Counted from the first letter of the whole stretch, positions 13,663 through 28,144 are shown. The stretch is DNA of 50,531 bases, filler included, from Streblomastix strix (GCA_008636045.1; 2 parts of 2 records of this genome joined end to end with filler, not necessarily neighbours in it), one strand, 5' to 3'. The notes: generated from the letters alone by a model not told the origin. Translations and numbers: made by a program.

Positions 13663-16600
13663 TAGTGATGGGCAAATTACCCGATTTTCAATTTTCCATT
13701 TGTGAATTTTAATTTTTATTTGGGTAGAATAAAATTGAAGCAGAATGATTGATTTTTGAATGAAATAATGATTGTGAACACACCTTCTAATTGCATTTTT
13801 GAATTGAAATTAATTATTATTTCATTTTAAAATTATTTCTAAATTTTAAATATACCTGAGTAAATTTTATCCGATTTGTTTCAGGTAAACCCGTCAGGTA
13901 AAATTATTTTTATGATAAATATGACTTGATTCTCCATATCCGAATTAATTATAGTCTTACATAATTATTATATTCCCAGAAGATTTTTTTGCACATATAT
14001 TTATTATATGGATAATTATAGTATATTAACTATCGTTCCAAAATTTATATATAATGAAAAAACTGACAAATAAAACATTTTTAAAGTTATTATTTATGTA
14101 TGAAGTAAGAAGTAAGAGAAATATAAATTTTCTCAATAAAAAATTTAAGCAATATGAGAATCATTATTCAAGAAAATTTAATTGTTAATTTATTAATAAA
14201 TAATTAAATAATTAACATATTTTAAATATTTAATATAGAAATATAAAAGTTAATCAAAAAGACTGTTGTATAAGATATGAAAAAACTAATTCTTAAAGTT
14301 TTAAAATAATTAAACTATTAAACTGTTAGTATATTAAATAATATTGCCAAAATCATTTTTATAAATTTGAATATCTATAGAAAATAATAATATTGATAAT
14401 AAACAATTGAGATAATTTTCTTTTATTATCGAAGATTTTTTGGAAATAATTTCAAATATATGAATTATTAATTATTATAAATAGTTATATATGATAAATG
14501 TTAGAAATATTTTAATGAATTTTTATAGAATTTAAAAAGATTCAATAAAAATTAATTAATTTTAAAAAAATAGATTTTGCATGAAATTCTGTAAATTTCG
14601 AATTAAAATATCGTTATATTCTTCGATAATTTGCTTTGAAAATTAAAATTAAATAGGTAAACTTAAAAGTAATCTACTTGGAGTAAATCTTGGAACCACT
14701 CAATCACATTACAATATATGTTCAAGAATAATATATTAGCTATCGTTTCAAAATTTATATGTTAATTTGGGTGTAAATTTTTTTTTTTTACTAAAAATAT
14801 TTTTACCTGCGACTACCCAGAGAATTGAACAAGATTTTATATTAATTTGTCATTATATGTTCTTTAATAATATGAATAATTAATTTAATATGTTGGAATA
14901 AATAATTTTTTTCCCCGAACCAAATGGTTGGCTCTGCGACTGACACTGTGGCTGGATCAAAAAATAATAATTTAAATTTAACAAAGAAAAAAAAATTTTT
15001 TTTTTTGATCTCTATGAAAATTTTGTAAAAAAAAATTGAAAATTTTTAATTGAAAATATGCATTTTTGGTTAAAAAATCATATTTATTAATCAATTTTTT
15101 ATACAATAGTATATCTGTAGAATTTAGTACTAAAAAAAACAAAAATTAAATACAATTTATATTAAGTTCAGTAGTTAAATTAATTTTATTGTTATATTTT
15201 AACTTAAAAAAAATAAATAAATTCAAATAAAGCAAAAATCAATTTGAAATTTAGCTTCTACTATATAATAAACATATTATAAATATAATACTAACATTAA
15301 ATTATATTAAAAACTATGATAAATCAATGTGTTGTGGAAGAAATTGAAAATTAATGAAAAAAATGAACAAAAAAAATGAGAAAAATATAACTAATTAAAA
15401 TTTATATATATATATATATATAGCATAGTTATATGCATGTCATAAAATTAATTTAAATGTAACTTAAAATAACAAAATTTAAACGGATTGTCTTATCAAT
15501 TTTCCAGTTTTGTTATGCAAAAAAAGCAACCTAGTGTCTGTAAGTATCTGCAGTACAAAAATATAAATATTGCGTAATTATTGATATATAATATTTACAT
15601 TAATATTATTTAATTTATGAAATATTAAAATATAAATTGAAACTCACAAAAATTTGAAAAATATTAGAAGTAAGTTGGCTATATGTTTATTATATTCAAA
15701 TTAGTAAAAAAATGTTAATAGCATTTTATTAAGAAATTTCATTGGTATCAACCATTTTGATATACTAGTTCAAAAATATAAACCTTTTATTTGAATTGTA
15801 GTTATTCAGAAGCTCAAAATTATTAATTTATCCAAAGTTTATTAGTATGTATAATATACTCCAAAAAGTAATGTTTTCAAGCTGTAAATACGTAACCAAA
15901 TTCCAGAAAAATCTTAATTCTGAGGATAGATCGATCAGAATAATGGCTCAGCCAAAGCCAAACTATGACCAATCTGACCCCATAAAAAAGTTTTCACGAA
16001 TAATATAATTTTAAAAAAGAGCTTCTTAATGTATTTAAATTTAATATATATTACATATATAAATGTATTATATAGATATAATATTAATGTTGTCCATTAC
16101 TTAGATTTTTTTTTATTAAATAATAATAAAAATATATAAATCAAAAACCTTTTTATAGAAAATTAATGAAGTAGATTATCGCTTAGTACCCAATTTAACT
16201 ACAAAAAAAATTTTTTATCATGAAACAGAAATAATTTAAGGATTTAGGTGCTTTGATTTTCAATTTTTTGAAGAAAATACAAAGAAAAATGGCAATTGGA
16301 GTAGCGCAAATATATATGTGCTAGAATAGAGAAAAGAATTTTACCTGTAGATTTAAGAAATAATAGCGAACGTCTGATCAACCAATTTCAGAAATAGTTA
16401 CAAAGAGAAATCGCTTGGTAACTACATATACAAGACTCTCTTTTTTGCTGAAAAAAGAGAAAGCATAATGGATTTGTCTGAATAATATTCTAAATGCAAA
16501 TCAAATTTTTCGGAGCGAAAAATTTAATGATAAAACTTTTATAAATATTAACAAAATATTTTGAATGATTGCAAATTAAATCTACAGCGAATTATCCGAT

Positions 16601-16740
16601 ACTTAGAATTAAACGATATTAACTGAATTTGAAAACAATCTAATCATTTCACAATCATTAATTATTTTATAACTATTTGAATTAAATAAAATCACTTAAA
16701 AATTCTAGAGCGATTAAATCAAGTTATTTGCCCATCCAAT
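13663..16740. mobile_element. Degenerate hAT-like TIR element (about 3.1 kb)
   Basis: TAGTGATGGGCAAATTACCCGATTT at 13663 matches the reverse complement of AAATCAAGTTATTTGCCCATCCAA (about 16716-16739). Subterminal CAGGTAAA/ACCCG motifs at 13850-13900. No clean TSD or transposase ORF. Confidence 0.4.
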
Positions 16741-18123
16741 TATTAGAATATTGCAGCGTTAGAATAAAGAAAATCATCATCAAATATTGGTCAGAATACA
16801 ATATTTAACTAAAGACACGATGTACAATTTGTTTAAGACTAGTCTCTGGCGTTTATTGGAAATTTTCAAATTAAAAAAAAATATTAATTAATTCAACATA
16901 GAGCTGAACCAAAAATTTCTTAATCTAAAATTATATTTTTACGAAATCCGTATAAGATTCATAATCATCTAAATATTTAATGACCATAAATATTAAAAAA
17001 GAGAATTTTTCAACAATTTTTAAAAAAATATTTTTAATTTAAAAAAAAAGTTTCTTAAACAATAATTTATTTTTATAAATTTAAATTAAAAAATACGATT
17101 TTTGATTTTAAAAAATAGTAAAATTTTAATTTTTTTTTTTTTAAAAAAAATATTAATTATGGGTTTAATTATTTGTTAAATTTATAATTTTTTTAAATAA
17201 TTCCTAAATTTTACTAAAATTTATAATTTAATCGCTAGTAATATTTTTTTAAATAATAAAATTTTTTTATAATAATTAACTAATTTTTAAATTATTTATT
17301 GGAAAATATTTTTAATTTTACATTTTAATAATAAATTTTTAATTCTTTTTTAATTCTTTTTATTTAATTATTTAAATAAAAAGAATTAAAAAAGTAGATT
17401 AATCAATTCGACAAAATATTTAAATGAATGATCGATTTTTTAAATTAGATATTAATAATGCATTATAAGTATTATTTTAAAAACTTTTATATGAAAAAAT
17501 TTATAAATTAATTTAAAAGAAATTATTTTATTATCAATATTAGAAAAATAAAAATTAAATTCATTATTAAATTTTATTTTATTTGAGTTATTTAAATATT
17601 TTTAATGAAATATTAATAAAATCAATAATTTGCTTGTAATTTATAAATATTTTTATTAAAAATTTGCAAATTAGCTAAATTAAACTTAAATTTAAATATT
17701 GTTTAGATTGAATATGATATTCGAAAAAATAAATTTTTTTTAAAAAATTAAAAAAAAAATTAAAAATTTAAAATTATAATTTAATATTTCAATATATAAA
17801 AAATTAAAAATGAAGTTTAATCATTATATAATTAGATTTTTTATTAAATATCAGATTAATCCTTTGAATAGTTAAACTTTAATGTAAATTAACCAGAACG
17901 ATTTAGCTTTTTTTGACTCACAAAAAAAATATTAACAACCATTTATTCTCGAATGTCAATTCAACGAGAACGAAAAAAAAACATCAAAATATGATTACAA
18001 TTTGTTTTCAGAAATTCTATCTTTAAATTTATTAAGACTCTGAGTTTTTACTTTAACTGAAAACTCAAAATATTGCCCAATATTTAATTTTAGAAAGACT
18101 TTACTCTTTGATAACGAAAAATA

Positions 18124-18468
18124 ATGAAATATTTTAATTCAAAAAGAAGAATCCATCAGCTAATCTTGCTCCGCGAACTGATCAACGACGAGGATGCCTT
18201 TTAACAAATCCCCTTCACTGAAGATGCTCAGACAAAGTTAGCACTTGCCTTCTATAAAACCAAAACCAGAATGAAGCCATCAAAGTGGAATAGAGACGGT
18301 TAATTCTAAAATTTGATTTTGACGGGTGCTAGCATCACCAATTACTTCACAGACAAACTGACGTTACCTGAACCAGTGGATAAAATAATCTTAGAGCATG
18401 AAATTGCATATAAAAAAGATAAAGGCGAGGCGCAATATGACGAAGATTCCGATGAATTTTACAGATGG
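18124..18468 (+). CDS. Orphan coding exon of unknown protein (rest of gene not resolved)
   Basis: GC-elevated open frame MKYFNSKRRIHQLILLRELINDEDAFQQIPFTEDAQTKLALAFYK...EAQYDEDSDEFYRW followed by a gtaatt donor at 18469. Confidence 0.45.
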
Positions 18469-18548
18469 GTAATTATTTGCAAAATTCAAGTTTTTATGCA
18501 AGGAGAATAACTTTCTTTCCCAAATACAAAATATTAAATATATATATA

Positions 18549-20119
18549 TAGGGTGTTCCATAAGAAGTAGATCTTAATTATAAGATATAAACTTTTTATT
18601 ATTACATTTTTTGAACTGTTTGAAACGAAAAGTAATAATTATAAAAATATAATATATAAACTTATATAATTAAAATTAACACATAATTAATATTATTCTC
18701 TTAATCAATACGTAGTGGTTTAAAAATGAACTCTTCTAAATTAAAGTTTTTCATCAATATAGTTAATGTTCGTTGTTGTTTCCTGCACTTCAATGAATCG
18801 TATAACAAGTTTTGAATATGCAAGCTAATACTTGACTATTGTGAGTATATACTAATAAAATTATAAATAGTTGTTTATCAACGACAATGAAAAAAAACAT
18901 ATTTAATATTTTGAAATAAAATTTGTTATTAAAAATTATAATATTTAGACATTTTAAGTTCAGTCCAGATTCAGTAGAATGCAATAACGAAAAAACTAAA
19001 TAAATAATATTTTTAAAGCAATGTAATCTAATATATATAGTTAAATAGTAATGCAATTCATACCATTAGTACAAAAGTAGCATTTTTGATCCGATTCGGA
19101 AAATTTCGATGAAAAAGGTATCTTCATTAAAATGAAATCCAACTGTCTATGGAAGACTAAATTTAGATAAACGAAAAATATCAAATTGTAAATATAGAAT
19201 AGTTATCAATCAATTTTAATTGAAATAGTTCGTAATGAATGGATGAATGTTTAAAAATTTAAGAAAAAATTTTATGATTATTTAATAAGAAAAATTAGTT
19301 TGAGTTGGTACTTAAAAATTAATTAAAATAAAATGATTATCATTTATATTTTAATCATTAATATATGAATTAAAGTTGAATTATTGTAAATTAAATTCAT
19401 ATTTTAGCCTTGCAAACGAGCAGTTCGGATTTTTATGCAAAAAAAACGAACAAATTCTATTACATTAACTCTGTTTAAATTATTGTTCATAATGTATAAA
19501 TTATATTGAAATAAGGAGTTAATTAATGAATATTAAGTAAATTTAGATAAATTCATTATATTATTGGTTAAAATACCAAAAATATGACTTGCTGAATTCA
19601 TGATATTCTGAAAGTTTGAAACTAGAATTCAAACATAAAAAGGATTTAGTTTGGAATTTTTTAGACTGAAATATGATATATTAAACACACAATATCTTCA
19701 TGATAATGAGATACATAATCACATGACCCATTATAAATATAAAATTGACAAAAATTTTGAAAACCTCGTCGATCGTCGTTTGAGAACAAATAGTGAAATT
19801 TTTTAAAATAATAAATTATTTTATAATAAATTTGTATATATCTTATTTTAAATATTCACTCCAAATTTAAATTGCAGTTCTAAGTGATCCGCTGTCTAAT
19901 GATATATTATTATATATTAAAATAAATATTTTTTCTTTTTTTGTGTTTTACGTTCAAAGCCAAGACTCTCTTCATCCAAGAATAATATTTTCATATATTT
20001 TAATTTTTTTATAAGATTCAGTCCTAAGTTATATAATTTTTATTAAATTAATATAAATTTAAAATATATGAAAAGGAACATGCAAAAAAGCTTTGCTATA
20101 CTACTTATGGAACATCGTG
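18549..20119. mobile_element. Tc1/mariner-type relic (about 1.57 kb)
   Basis: Imperfect TIRs: TAGGGTGTTCCATAAGAAGTA at the left and CACGATGTTCCATAAGTAGTA (reverse complement) at the right, consensus CAGGGTGTTCCATAAG. Both are flanked by TA. Size is typical; no intact transposase. Confidence 0.55.
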
Positions 20120-21699
20120 TATATTATATTTTAAATAAAAACATAAGAAAAACTTCAATTAATGAGAAATTAATTTTTTTTAAAAAAATCTTTTTTTGCT
20201 GAAATCATTTATATAATCTATATATTTTTTACAAAATTAATATTAATAAAATTTTATATAAAAAATTTTGTAAAAATGAAACTTCAAAAATTTCTGTTTC
20301 AAAAATTAACTCAAAATTTTTTTAGATTTATTTCTTTTCCAAATTGGATAATACTCATGTTTATTATAAAAAATAATCTTTATTTGATATATATTAAAAT
20401 ATTATTAATGTTAAATAACAAAGTTATCCTCCCTTGAATTCAGCAAATAATTACCCAGATTACTTTTATTTTTATTTAATAAATTTTAAATGAATTTCAG
20501 TTTTTTTATTGAAGAATTAATTTATAAAGTTCATAGATAAAATATAAGATTGGAGAATTTCTTAAAATTTTATTGGTTAATGAATTAACGACTTCAAAAA
20601 TTTTTTGTAAAATTCGAAAAATTCTCATTTCCAATTAATCCATCAACTTGTATCAAGTTTTATTTATATATGTATAATTCTATAAAATATGTAATGTGGA
20701 TCATTTCTGAATCAATAACAAATTGTTAATCTATGACCTAGAATAGTAGGATTTTGAAGTCTTTGATATATGCTAATTGAAAATTTATCAAGAAACAGAA
20801 GGTTTTTTATTTTATATGTAAAAATATAGGATTAAAGAATTTTATATAAAAAATTGAACATATAGCTGTGGAAGTTCTAAAAAAAATTCATTTTTAGGTT
20901 TTAGTCCGGATAATTGTTCAATATTAGTATAAATTAAAGTTAATTTTATTACATAATACGAAATTGTTTAAATATGATATCTTTTTAATCAAAAATTAAC
21001 ATTATTTTTATTAAAACTGAATTTTTCAGAATAAAACTCATTTTCTAACAAAAATAACTATTTATTTAATTACGAAATAATTTTTATTTAAATATATTAT
21101 GAGAGTAAAAAAATAAATATAATATTCATTATTCCTTTTTCGCATTAATTTCATACAATAATTTTTTTTTTTAATAATGTCAATTTATAATATACTTAGA
21201 CTACAATTTCTTCAATAATTTAGTTAATTATATTTTAAATAAATATTTAATAAAAAAATTAGCAATTCATTAAATTTTTCTTATCAATATCATTTTAATA
21301 ATTCAAATATATATTTCTCCATTAATTATTCAATTTTACACCTAATTTAGCACTTAACCAATTTAATATATTATTGTTTTATTTTTATTTACAAATTTTA
21401 TATTAATATTCATAATACCATAAACAAAATTACAATCCATAGCATTGAAATATAACTATAAAATATTTTCGTCAAAATCCCTAAATTTACTTACGATTTC
21501 GTTTGTAAAAATAATATTTATTGACGAATTTTACCAGCTCTAAGTTATATATATATTTATTACTCATTTAGACAAAATTTAATATAATTACTATACGAAA
21601 AATTGAATCACAGCTCATAATTTTTTAATATTATTTTTTATTTACAAAAATTATTTTTTGTGGAAATCAACATAAGAAAAAGGGCTCAAAAGAACGAAA

Positions 21700-22894
21700 A
21701 TGTCACAAATTAACAACACTACTTTTGGTACTTCTATAATTGGAAAGTTCGGGCAATCGGCGATTCCGCAACTTTTCTAGAAACAGACTTTTGGTTTATT
21801 AATTTATTTATTAAATATACAAAATTTCTTATTATTTAATTTGTTTTTATATTAATTATATTATATTAATTTACAGATGAAGGAAATCTTATCAATGGTG
21901 CTGGGCGTATATTTGACAATCAAGTGAAAAAGGTTAAAATTTTCTCACAAACATTTATTTTTTTTTACACAATTTTATTAATTTAGTAATTTTTAAACCA
22001 ATTTTTTATGTAATTCATCATTTTTCTGATAATATCATATCTATCTCTGCACACTCACAGGCCCAGCAGACTATCGACGACGAGAAAATCAAGCGTTACT
22101 TCGACGTTACCAACAGTTACGTTATAAACAAACTGGGGACAATTTTCTTCCCATTTTTAAAGAAGCACTGGAGATCCAATAGTAACCACCCTAGAGATGA
22201 CGCGAATGCAATAGACCTGTACATACCGTTTATGGGCCTTTTCACCTACGTGCTTATTGTGGCGTATATATAAGGGAAGATCGGCGATTTCAAGCCGTAC
22301 TAAGTGCTGGGGACTTGTTTGAGCTTGGTCGTTTTCGGCACTCTGCTGGAAATTGCTGGGACGTATCTCCTGATGTACGTGTTTGGGAACTCTTCCTAGA
22401 ACTCGAGCGCGGTGACTGCCAGCCCATACGCTGTAAGCGGAGGCTCGTCAATCAAACGCGGGGTTCAGCAAAGTTCAACGTATCCGCAAAATTCAAATTC
22501 CTTCTACAATATTTAGTACCAGAATTACAACAGTTCATACCAGAATTACAACCAATCTACTAATTACACAAACCAACCAAATAATCAATATAACAATCAA
22601 TATAACAATCAATATAACAATCAATATAATAATAGTATAGATAATTCACAATACACTGGCGGTGTAATGACCGGTCCTTATGCAGGTATATTTGATATGT
22701 TGGGCGTAAGTGGCTTGAAATTCGTTGGGATGACTGCTGGAATTGTAATTGTGTACTTAGGTGGGAAAATTGCTGGATATTCAGTTTTGGGGTACTTGGC
22801 TGTGAGTCATGCGTATATGGTGGTATGTAGTATATATATTGGTATTACGTTGTATAATATATATAAATGTATTATATATATTGGTATTAAGTTG

Positions 22895-22934
<40 letters not shown>

Positions 22935-23237
22935 CAACTTAATACCAATATATATAATACATTTATATATATTATATATTAATATTAACTTATTTAATAT
23001 TTATATTATAATAAGTATTTTACTTATATTTTTATTATTAATAATATCAAACAGCTTCGCGCATATATGGAAGTTGGTTCATCTAGCCTTGAAAATGAGG
23101 AGAATAGAAATTTGAAACCACACCACGCGCTGAAGAAAAACATTGGAGCGACGCTTGTAGCAGCCATACAGATACCACTGATGTTTATATATGTGATATA
23201 CTGCAGTAGAAGCTGGAAGATAAAGGTAAAGTAATGA
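21700..23237 (+). CDS. YIF1: YIF1 (Yip1-interacting factor) ER-Golgi membrane protein, 4 exons
   Basis: KRYFDVTNSYVINKLGTIFFPFLKKHW...PRDDANAIDLYIPFMGLFTYVLI...FKP...DMLGVSGLKFVG matches YIF1 motifs (YFxVxxxYVxxKL, FPF, PRxDxNAPDLYIP, GYKFV). Ends TAA TGA. Confidence 0.88.
22853..22976. repeat. Perfect 124-bp palindrome with (AT)n centre in the last YIF1 intron
   Basis: TATAATATATATAAATGTATTATATATATTGGTATTAAGTTGTATA-(AT)16-exact reverse complement. Confidence 0.93.
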
Positions 23238-23619
23238 ATGAGGTTTAATAGAAGGAAACTTCACTTCGATTTGTCTTATTATTAATATAAATAATTTGTG
23301 AGTTAAATATGATCCTTCTTTTGCAATATAATGTCTCGAAAATTTTATTTAAATAAGTTATGAGAATAACAACTACTTTAAAGCTCGAAAATTACTCAAA
23401 ACACGAAAATTGAAATAACATATAAGACAAATTGAATTTATATATCGTTATAATTTAAATTTACTATAACTATTATATTAAATCAATTCTGACACTTATA
23501 TGACAACTTTATTTATTCTAAACATTTCAAAATAATTTAAATTTAAATTTAAATTTTCTCAATTGAAGTAAATTTAATACTTTCATTTAATTATTATTTT
23601 TTATATATAATAGTATTTC

Positions 23620-25218
23620 ATGCAAAATTTACGAAGAATATCCAGTGAGTCCAGAGCGCTGAAGGATGCAGAAATTTTCGAGACTTTGTCTGAAAAATCA
23701 CGAGTTAATTCACTCCGTGATGAATTAGCAGAGTTAAAGAAATATTAATCTTAGAAAGTGAGTGAGTTAGATAGCTTCCTTCAGATATCATAAAATCTTA
23801 TACAGTCAAACGAAGAATTATAGACGAAATTGAAGGTTAATTTTTATTTTTATTTTTATTTTTCAATATTTATTTACTTTTTTTTAATTTAATTATTAAT
23901 TTGTTTCAAGTCTGAAGAAGATCAAAAGCATGACCTCAAACAAAAGATTGAACGAACCACAACTATGACACAACAGCAAGAAAGACTCATTTAAATTCTT
24001 TAGGATGAGGTTGGAAAAGCAAAATTCCGCATAACTGAAAGAATGAGAAGAAAAGACGAGAAAAGAAGAAAGAAATACGATTTGACTTCAAAATCGCACT
24101 AAATTGAAAGAATAAGTAAAAATGAATAAAAGTAATTATAATAAAATAATCAGTTGAACTTATCTTATACCGACAATTTAAATTTCAGATAAATTGATTA
24201 GAGTTTTAATGAATAAGTAGAAGATGAAGATTAGAATGAAATTGAAGATAATTTGGATCCAGAGAAAGCTAAATTAATGAATTAACTGGAATAAGTGTGA
24301 ATATTGTATTATTATATTAAATATTATATTAATGTTATTTTAACTTTATTTTTTATTTTCTATTAAATATATATAAATAACATATCAGCTGAATAATTAG
24401 CTATCAGATACATATAAGAAAATATAAGAATACAACAATAAGACATCAGAATATAATAATTAATCAAATTTGATCAAGATTTGGTTATATGGAAGAAGCA
24501 GCAGTAATACAATAAAGCTGAAAGAATAAGAGAATAACAAATTTAATACTTTGAATGAATGTGTGTTATAATATAAGAGAGATTTTATTTATTTATAATA
24601 ATTATTTAAAATAGATATTTATAATGGATATTTTTTATTTTATTCATATTTTTTTATTAATTAACAGGTCAATCTTCCAACGATCGATTGAATATTCCAT
24701 CCAAATCCATCAATACTCTCAAATAAGAAATAAAAGATTTGAATAATCAATTAATAATCAAATAATCAAAAACTGATTAAATAAAATAAAAAGCAGAAAG
24801 AATCTGTGGATTGTTGGATCAGAAATAGAAGATTGAAAGTAGGAGTGAAGAAATGGATTGAATTGGAATAGAAAGGTATATTTATTTTTACTATTTGTGA
24901 TTTATAAGTTATTATTTTAATTTGTTGATTTAATATATATTATATATACTTATTATTAATTCGTTTATTAATATAATTTTTTAATCATATTTCTTCTTCT
25001 TTTTTATAATATAATTAGTTAACCATAATCACTCATCAATAGAATCAAACAAATAAAAGAATAAATATAAGAAAATCAATATGAACACATTAATGAAATA
25101 CGATAATTGAATGAAGTAATTGTAGAGCAAACAGATAAAATAAAGTAAATATAATAAAGTATGCGAAACAGTTCATTATCAGAATAAATGAACGAAACAC
25201 GATATAAAGTGAAAGGAA
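23620..25218 (+). CDS. Multi-exon coiled-coil protein, 3' truncated by the gap; one in-frame TGA
   Basis: MQNLRRISSESRALKDAEIF...; 5 exons with matching phases. Exon 4 reads INTLKQEIKDLNNQ...RSEEMD(TGA 24859)IGIE, then a phase-2 intron joins QPQSLINRIKQIKEQIQENQYEHINEIRQLNE... Confidence 0.7.
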
Positions 25219-25318
25219 NNNNNNNNNNNNNNNNNNNNNNNNNNNNNNNNNNNNNNNNNNNNTTAATTAATTAANNNNNNNNNNNNNNNNNNNNNNNNNN
25301 NNNNNNNNNNNNNNNNNN
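25219..25318. other. Assembly gap/artificial contig linker (N44-TTAATTAATTAA-N44)
   Basis: Exactly 100 nt, symmetric, with a six-frame standard-code stop spacer at 25263-25274. Confidence 0.95.
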
Positions 25319-27966
25319 TTTACAGTTGAAATATCTCTTTTTGCAAGAAATGTTAATAAATTATCATAAAATAGTTTTTATCGACTTAATTCATTAATTT
25401 CCTTGAAGAATTTTGTATTATCTGCATTAATATTTACTCCATCATATGTCCTGAAGTTGCTGTTAACATTTAATACCAAATATCTTCTATCTGTTATAGA
25501 TATTTATACAGGATTACTATGATTTGATATTAAAATCAGGTTTGAAACAATTTATTCAGTGTGTGGATTTACATATTTTGCCTCATATTCTAATTGATTG
25601 TCCGTTATTATTGATTTCAATGATTCAATATCATGTTATGACATATCACTAAACTTTCTTAGCTCATTTCCAACAGCAAATACTTTAAATATCAATGAGC
25701 TGTTGAATTTACCACTGATTGAGGACAGTTTTGTTAAATTTCCCTCTGACTATCCGTCCATTAATTCGCTTAATATATTCGTAAACGTATTTTTTCCAGT
25801 TCTTTCTAATCCAGTTAATATCATGCAAACTTCTGTTTGCAATTATGGATATTAAATCAAGTGGGAAATACTGTTCAGGATATATTCATAAACTTATTCA
25901 TTGTTATTTGCAATAGCATGTCTTACTAGATGTAGAAACGGTGAAATTACTTATGGTTAATAGTTATGAGAAAGAAAATCGTACTTCCAGCCTTAAAATA
26001 TTGAAAAAACACTTGGATCTTCGCTTAGAAAACATATATCTGTAATAAATAAGAAATTCTCTTAAAGATTTGCTATTTGTCACAGTGTTTACGACATCAT
26101 ATCATTATATTTCGAATGTACATCTAGAAATTTTCTTGCTGCATCAACGGATAATATCTGAATTTCATAAAACAGATTATTTTGACGTTATTCTTCGTCA
26201 TTTTCGATTATATTTTCAATTTATTAATTAATTTTGTCTTATAATCCTTGAAATACGTTTATTTACGGTGGTTTCTTCTATTTTCTTGTTTATTTTAGTA
26301 AATATACCACCTCACTCCCGTATTTCTAAATTCTCAGTATTATTGTCAAGTTAGATATAATTTCTTCAACACAATCATAAGTTTTTGCTCTAATTTTATG
26401 TATAATGTCATCTAAACCGAATTATTCTTTTATGTCGATATTATACACTTACATCTTCTTGAAATCGGTATCAGCTGTTTATTTCTTTTTTGACGCCAAT
26501 TATGGAATAAATTGTTATGTATAATATTCTGGCTTAAACTTCTTGATAAATCTCTGCAAACAATACGGCGATTATTACTTATCTGAATTACGTTCACGAT
26601 GTACTTGAAAACATGTTTACGCTTATAAAGAGTAATCACAATTTTCTTCTATGTAATCATAGCATTCATTTATGAAATCTTCGTCAACACCTTCGATGGA
26701 TCTCAATCCATTTATATAAGTGCACAGTGTAAATATGCTTAATTCTCCTTCTGCATGAGGATGATTTGTGTGAATTATGATATCATCTAATCCATGAACT
26801 AATATTTCTGTTTATTCTTTGATCATTTCGTATTTTTCTTTTCCATATATTCCGTCAGCAGCCGATGCATGACCGCGATTTAAGATTTTTTCCAATTTTT
26901 CTACTTCGTAGCAACGAGCTTGCGCAGTCTCTTCATTTCGATGAATAACTTTTATGTCCAAGCCTAAGATTAGAATTGCATCTTATATTTCTTTAAGATC
27001 TGTTTTTTCATATGCGTTATTTAAGTTTTGATATGTAAGAATTGGATTTCTCAATTCGCCTGTTTATAACTTCTATTTTATCTCTGGATTTAATGGTTTT
27101 CTCTTTGAATCTCGATATTTTTATATCTAAGTTCCAGATTGCACAATTCTTCTTGTTTTATTTCTGTTATCAACGTCGATTTCTTCATCCATTAATCTGA
27201 CAGACATTGCATCAACACATGCAAATACATCAACTGAAAAATCCTTTGTTACAATTACATTAATCATAGAATTTTGATGTAATTTGTATGGACCCATGTT
27301 ACAATAAATATGAAGTCCGCCTCTTGCTGATTTAACAAGTCCAACATTGCGATGTTAATTGTATTTTTTCATCAAGATTTCTGCTTCAGCTGGAGTATTG
27401 TAATATTCAAAATCTTTTGGTTGTTTTGCAGGTTAAAACCGTTAAATTATGCTATTTCTTATCTAATCACGCTGTGAAACATCTAATTTCTCTTCATAAT
27501 CAATGTCTATATCAATTACCGCTAAGTATTTGCATTGCGCAATCTCAAGAGTGTGTCAAGTGCATGTTTTATTCTTATTTTTCTTGATATATGCTTTTTC
27601 GGATTGATTATTAGTTTGATATGCTATCTTATTATAATTATACAGATTGATTGTCGCAAACTAAATTCAATCTATTAATCTTTTTGATGTTTCATTTTTA
27701 GAACGTTCTCGATATGATAAATCATGTGTTTTTGATTGAAATGAATGCTTTTCATTACTTTTATGAAGATCAATGCAAAGATCTACTTAAGCATATTTTC
27801 CATGCGATTTACAGCCCAACTATTCATATAACCAAGGATTATCTATTTCCAAATCATAAAGTCCAGCCCTCGACGGTTAAATTTATGTTTCATCTTTTGA
27901 TTTTTCCCAAATTTATGTATCTTAACGGATATATCCGAGATTTGAGACTTTTTCTTATTTGTGCAT
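25319..27966 (-). CDS. Prim-Pol primase/polymerase fused to a D5-like SF3 helicase (3' truncated)
   Basis: About 880 codons with no frameshift seen. Primase motifs LAVIDIDID, VKSARGGLHIYCN, VDVF. Helicase: FSIFQGW, ILTGLERTGKNTF (Walker A), GKFNS, AVGNE, LKSIITD, EAKY, NLILISN, DRRYLV. Three in-frame TGAs (27667, 27556, 26080). Confidence 0.85.
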
Positions 27967-28144
27967 TTGTCAATTTACTAAAAGTGACAAAATAAAAAAT
28001 CAAATATCATGAATTAATAATTAATTATGATATAAATTAAAAATTAAAAAAAATTAAAAATAAAAAAATTTAATAAAAAATTTTTTTTAATATTTAAATT
28101 ATTTTTTATGAATCTGTCTTTTTTGACATTTTACCAAATCTCAA

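Noticed and set aside
25219..25318. TTAATTAATTAA palindrome as a biological site, or the virus inserted into the 23620 gene
   Set aside because: It is a symmetric artificial linker in Ns, so adjacency of the two halves is unproven.
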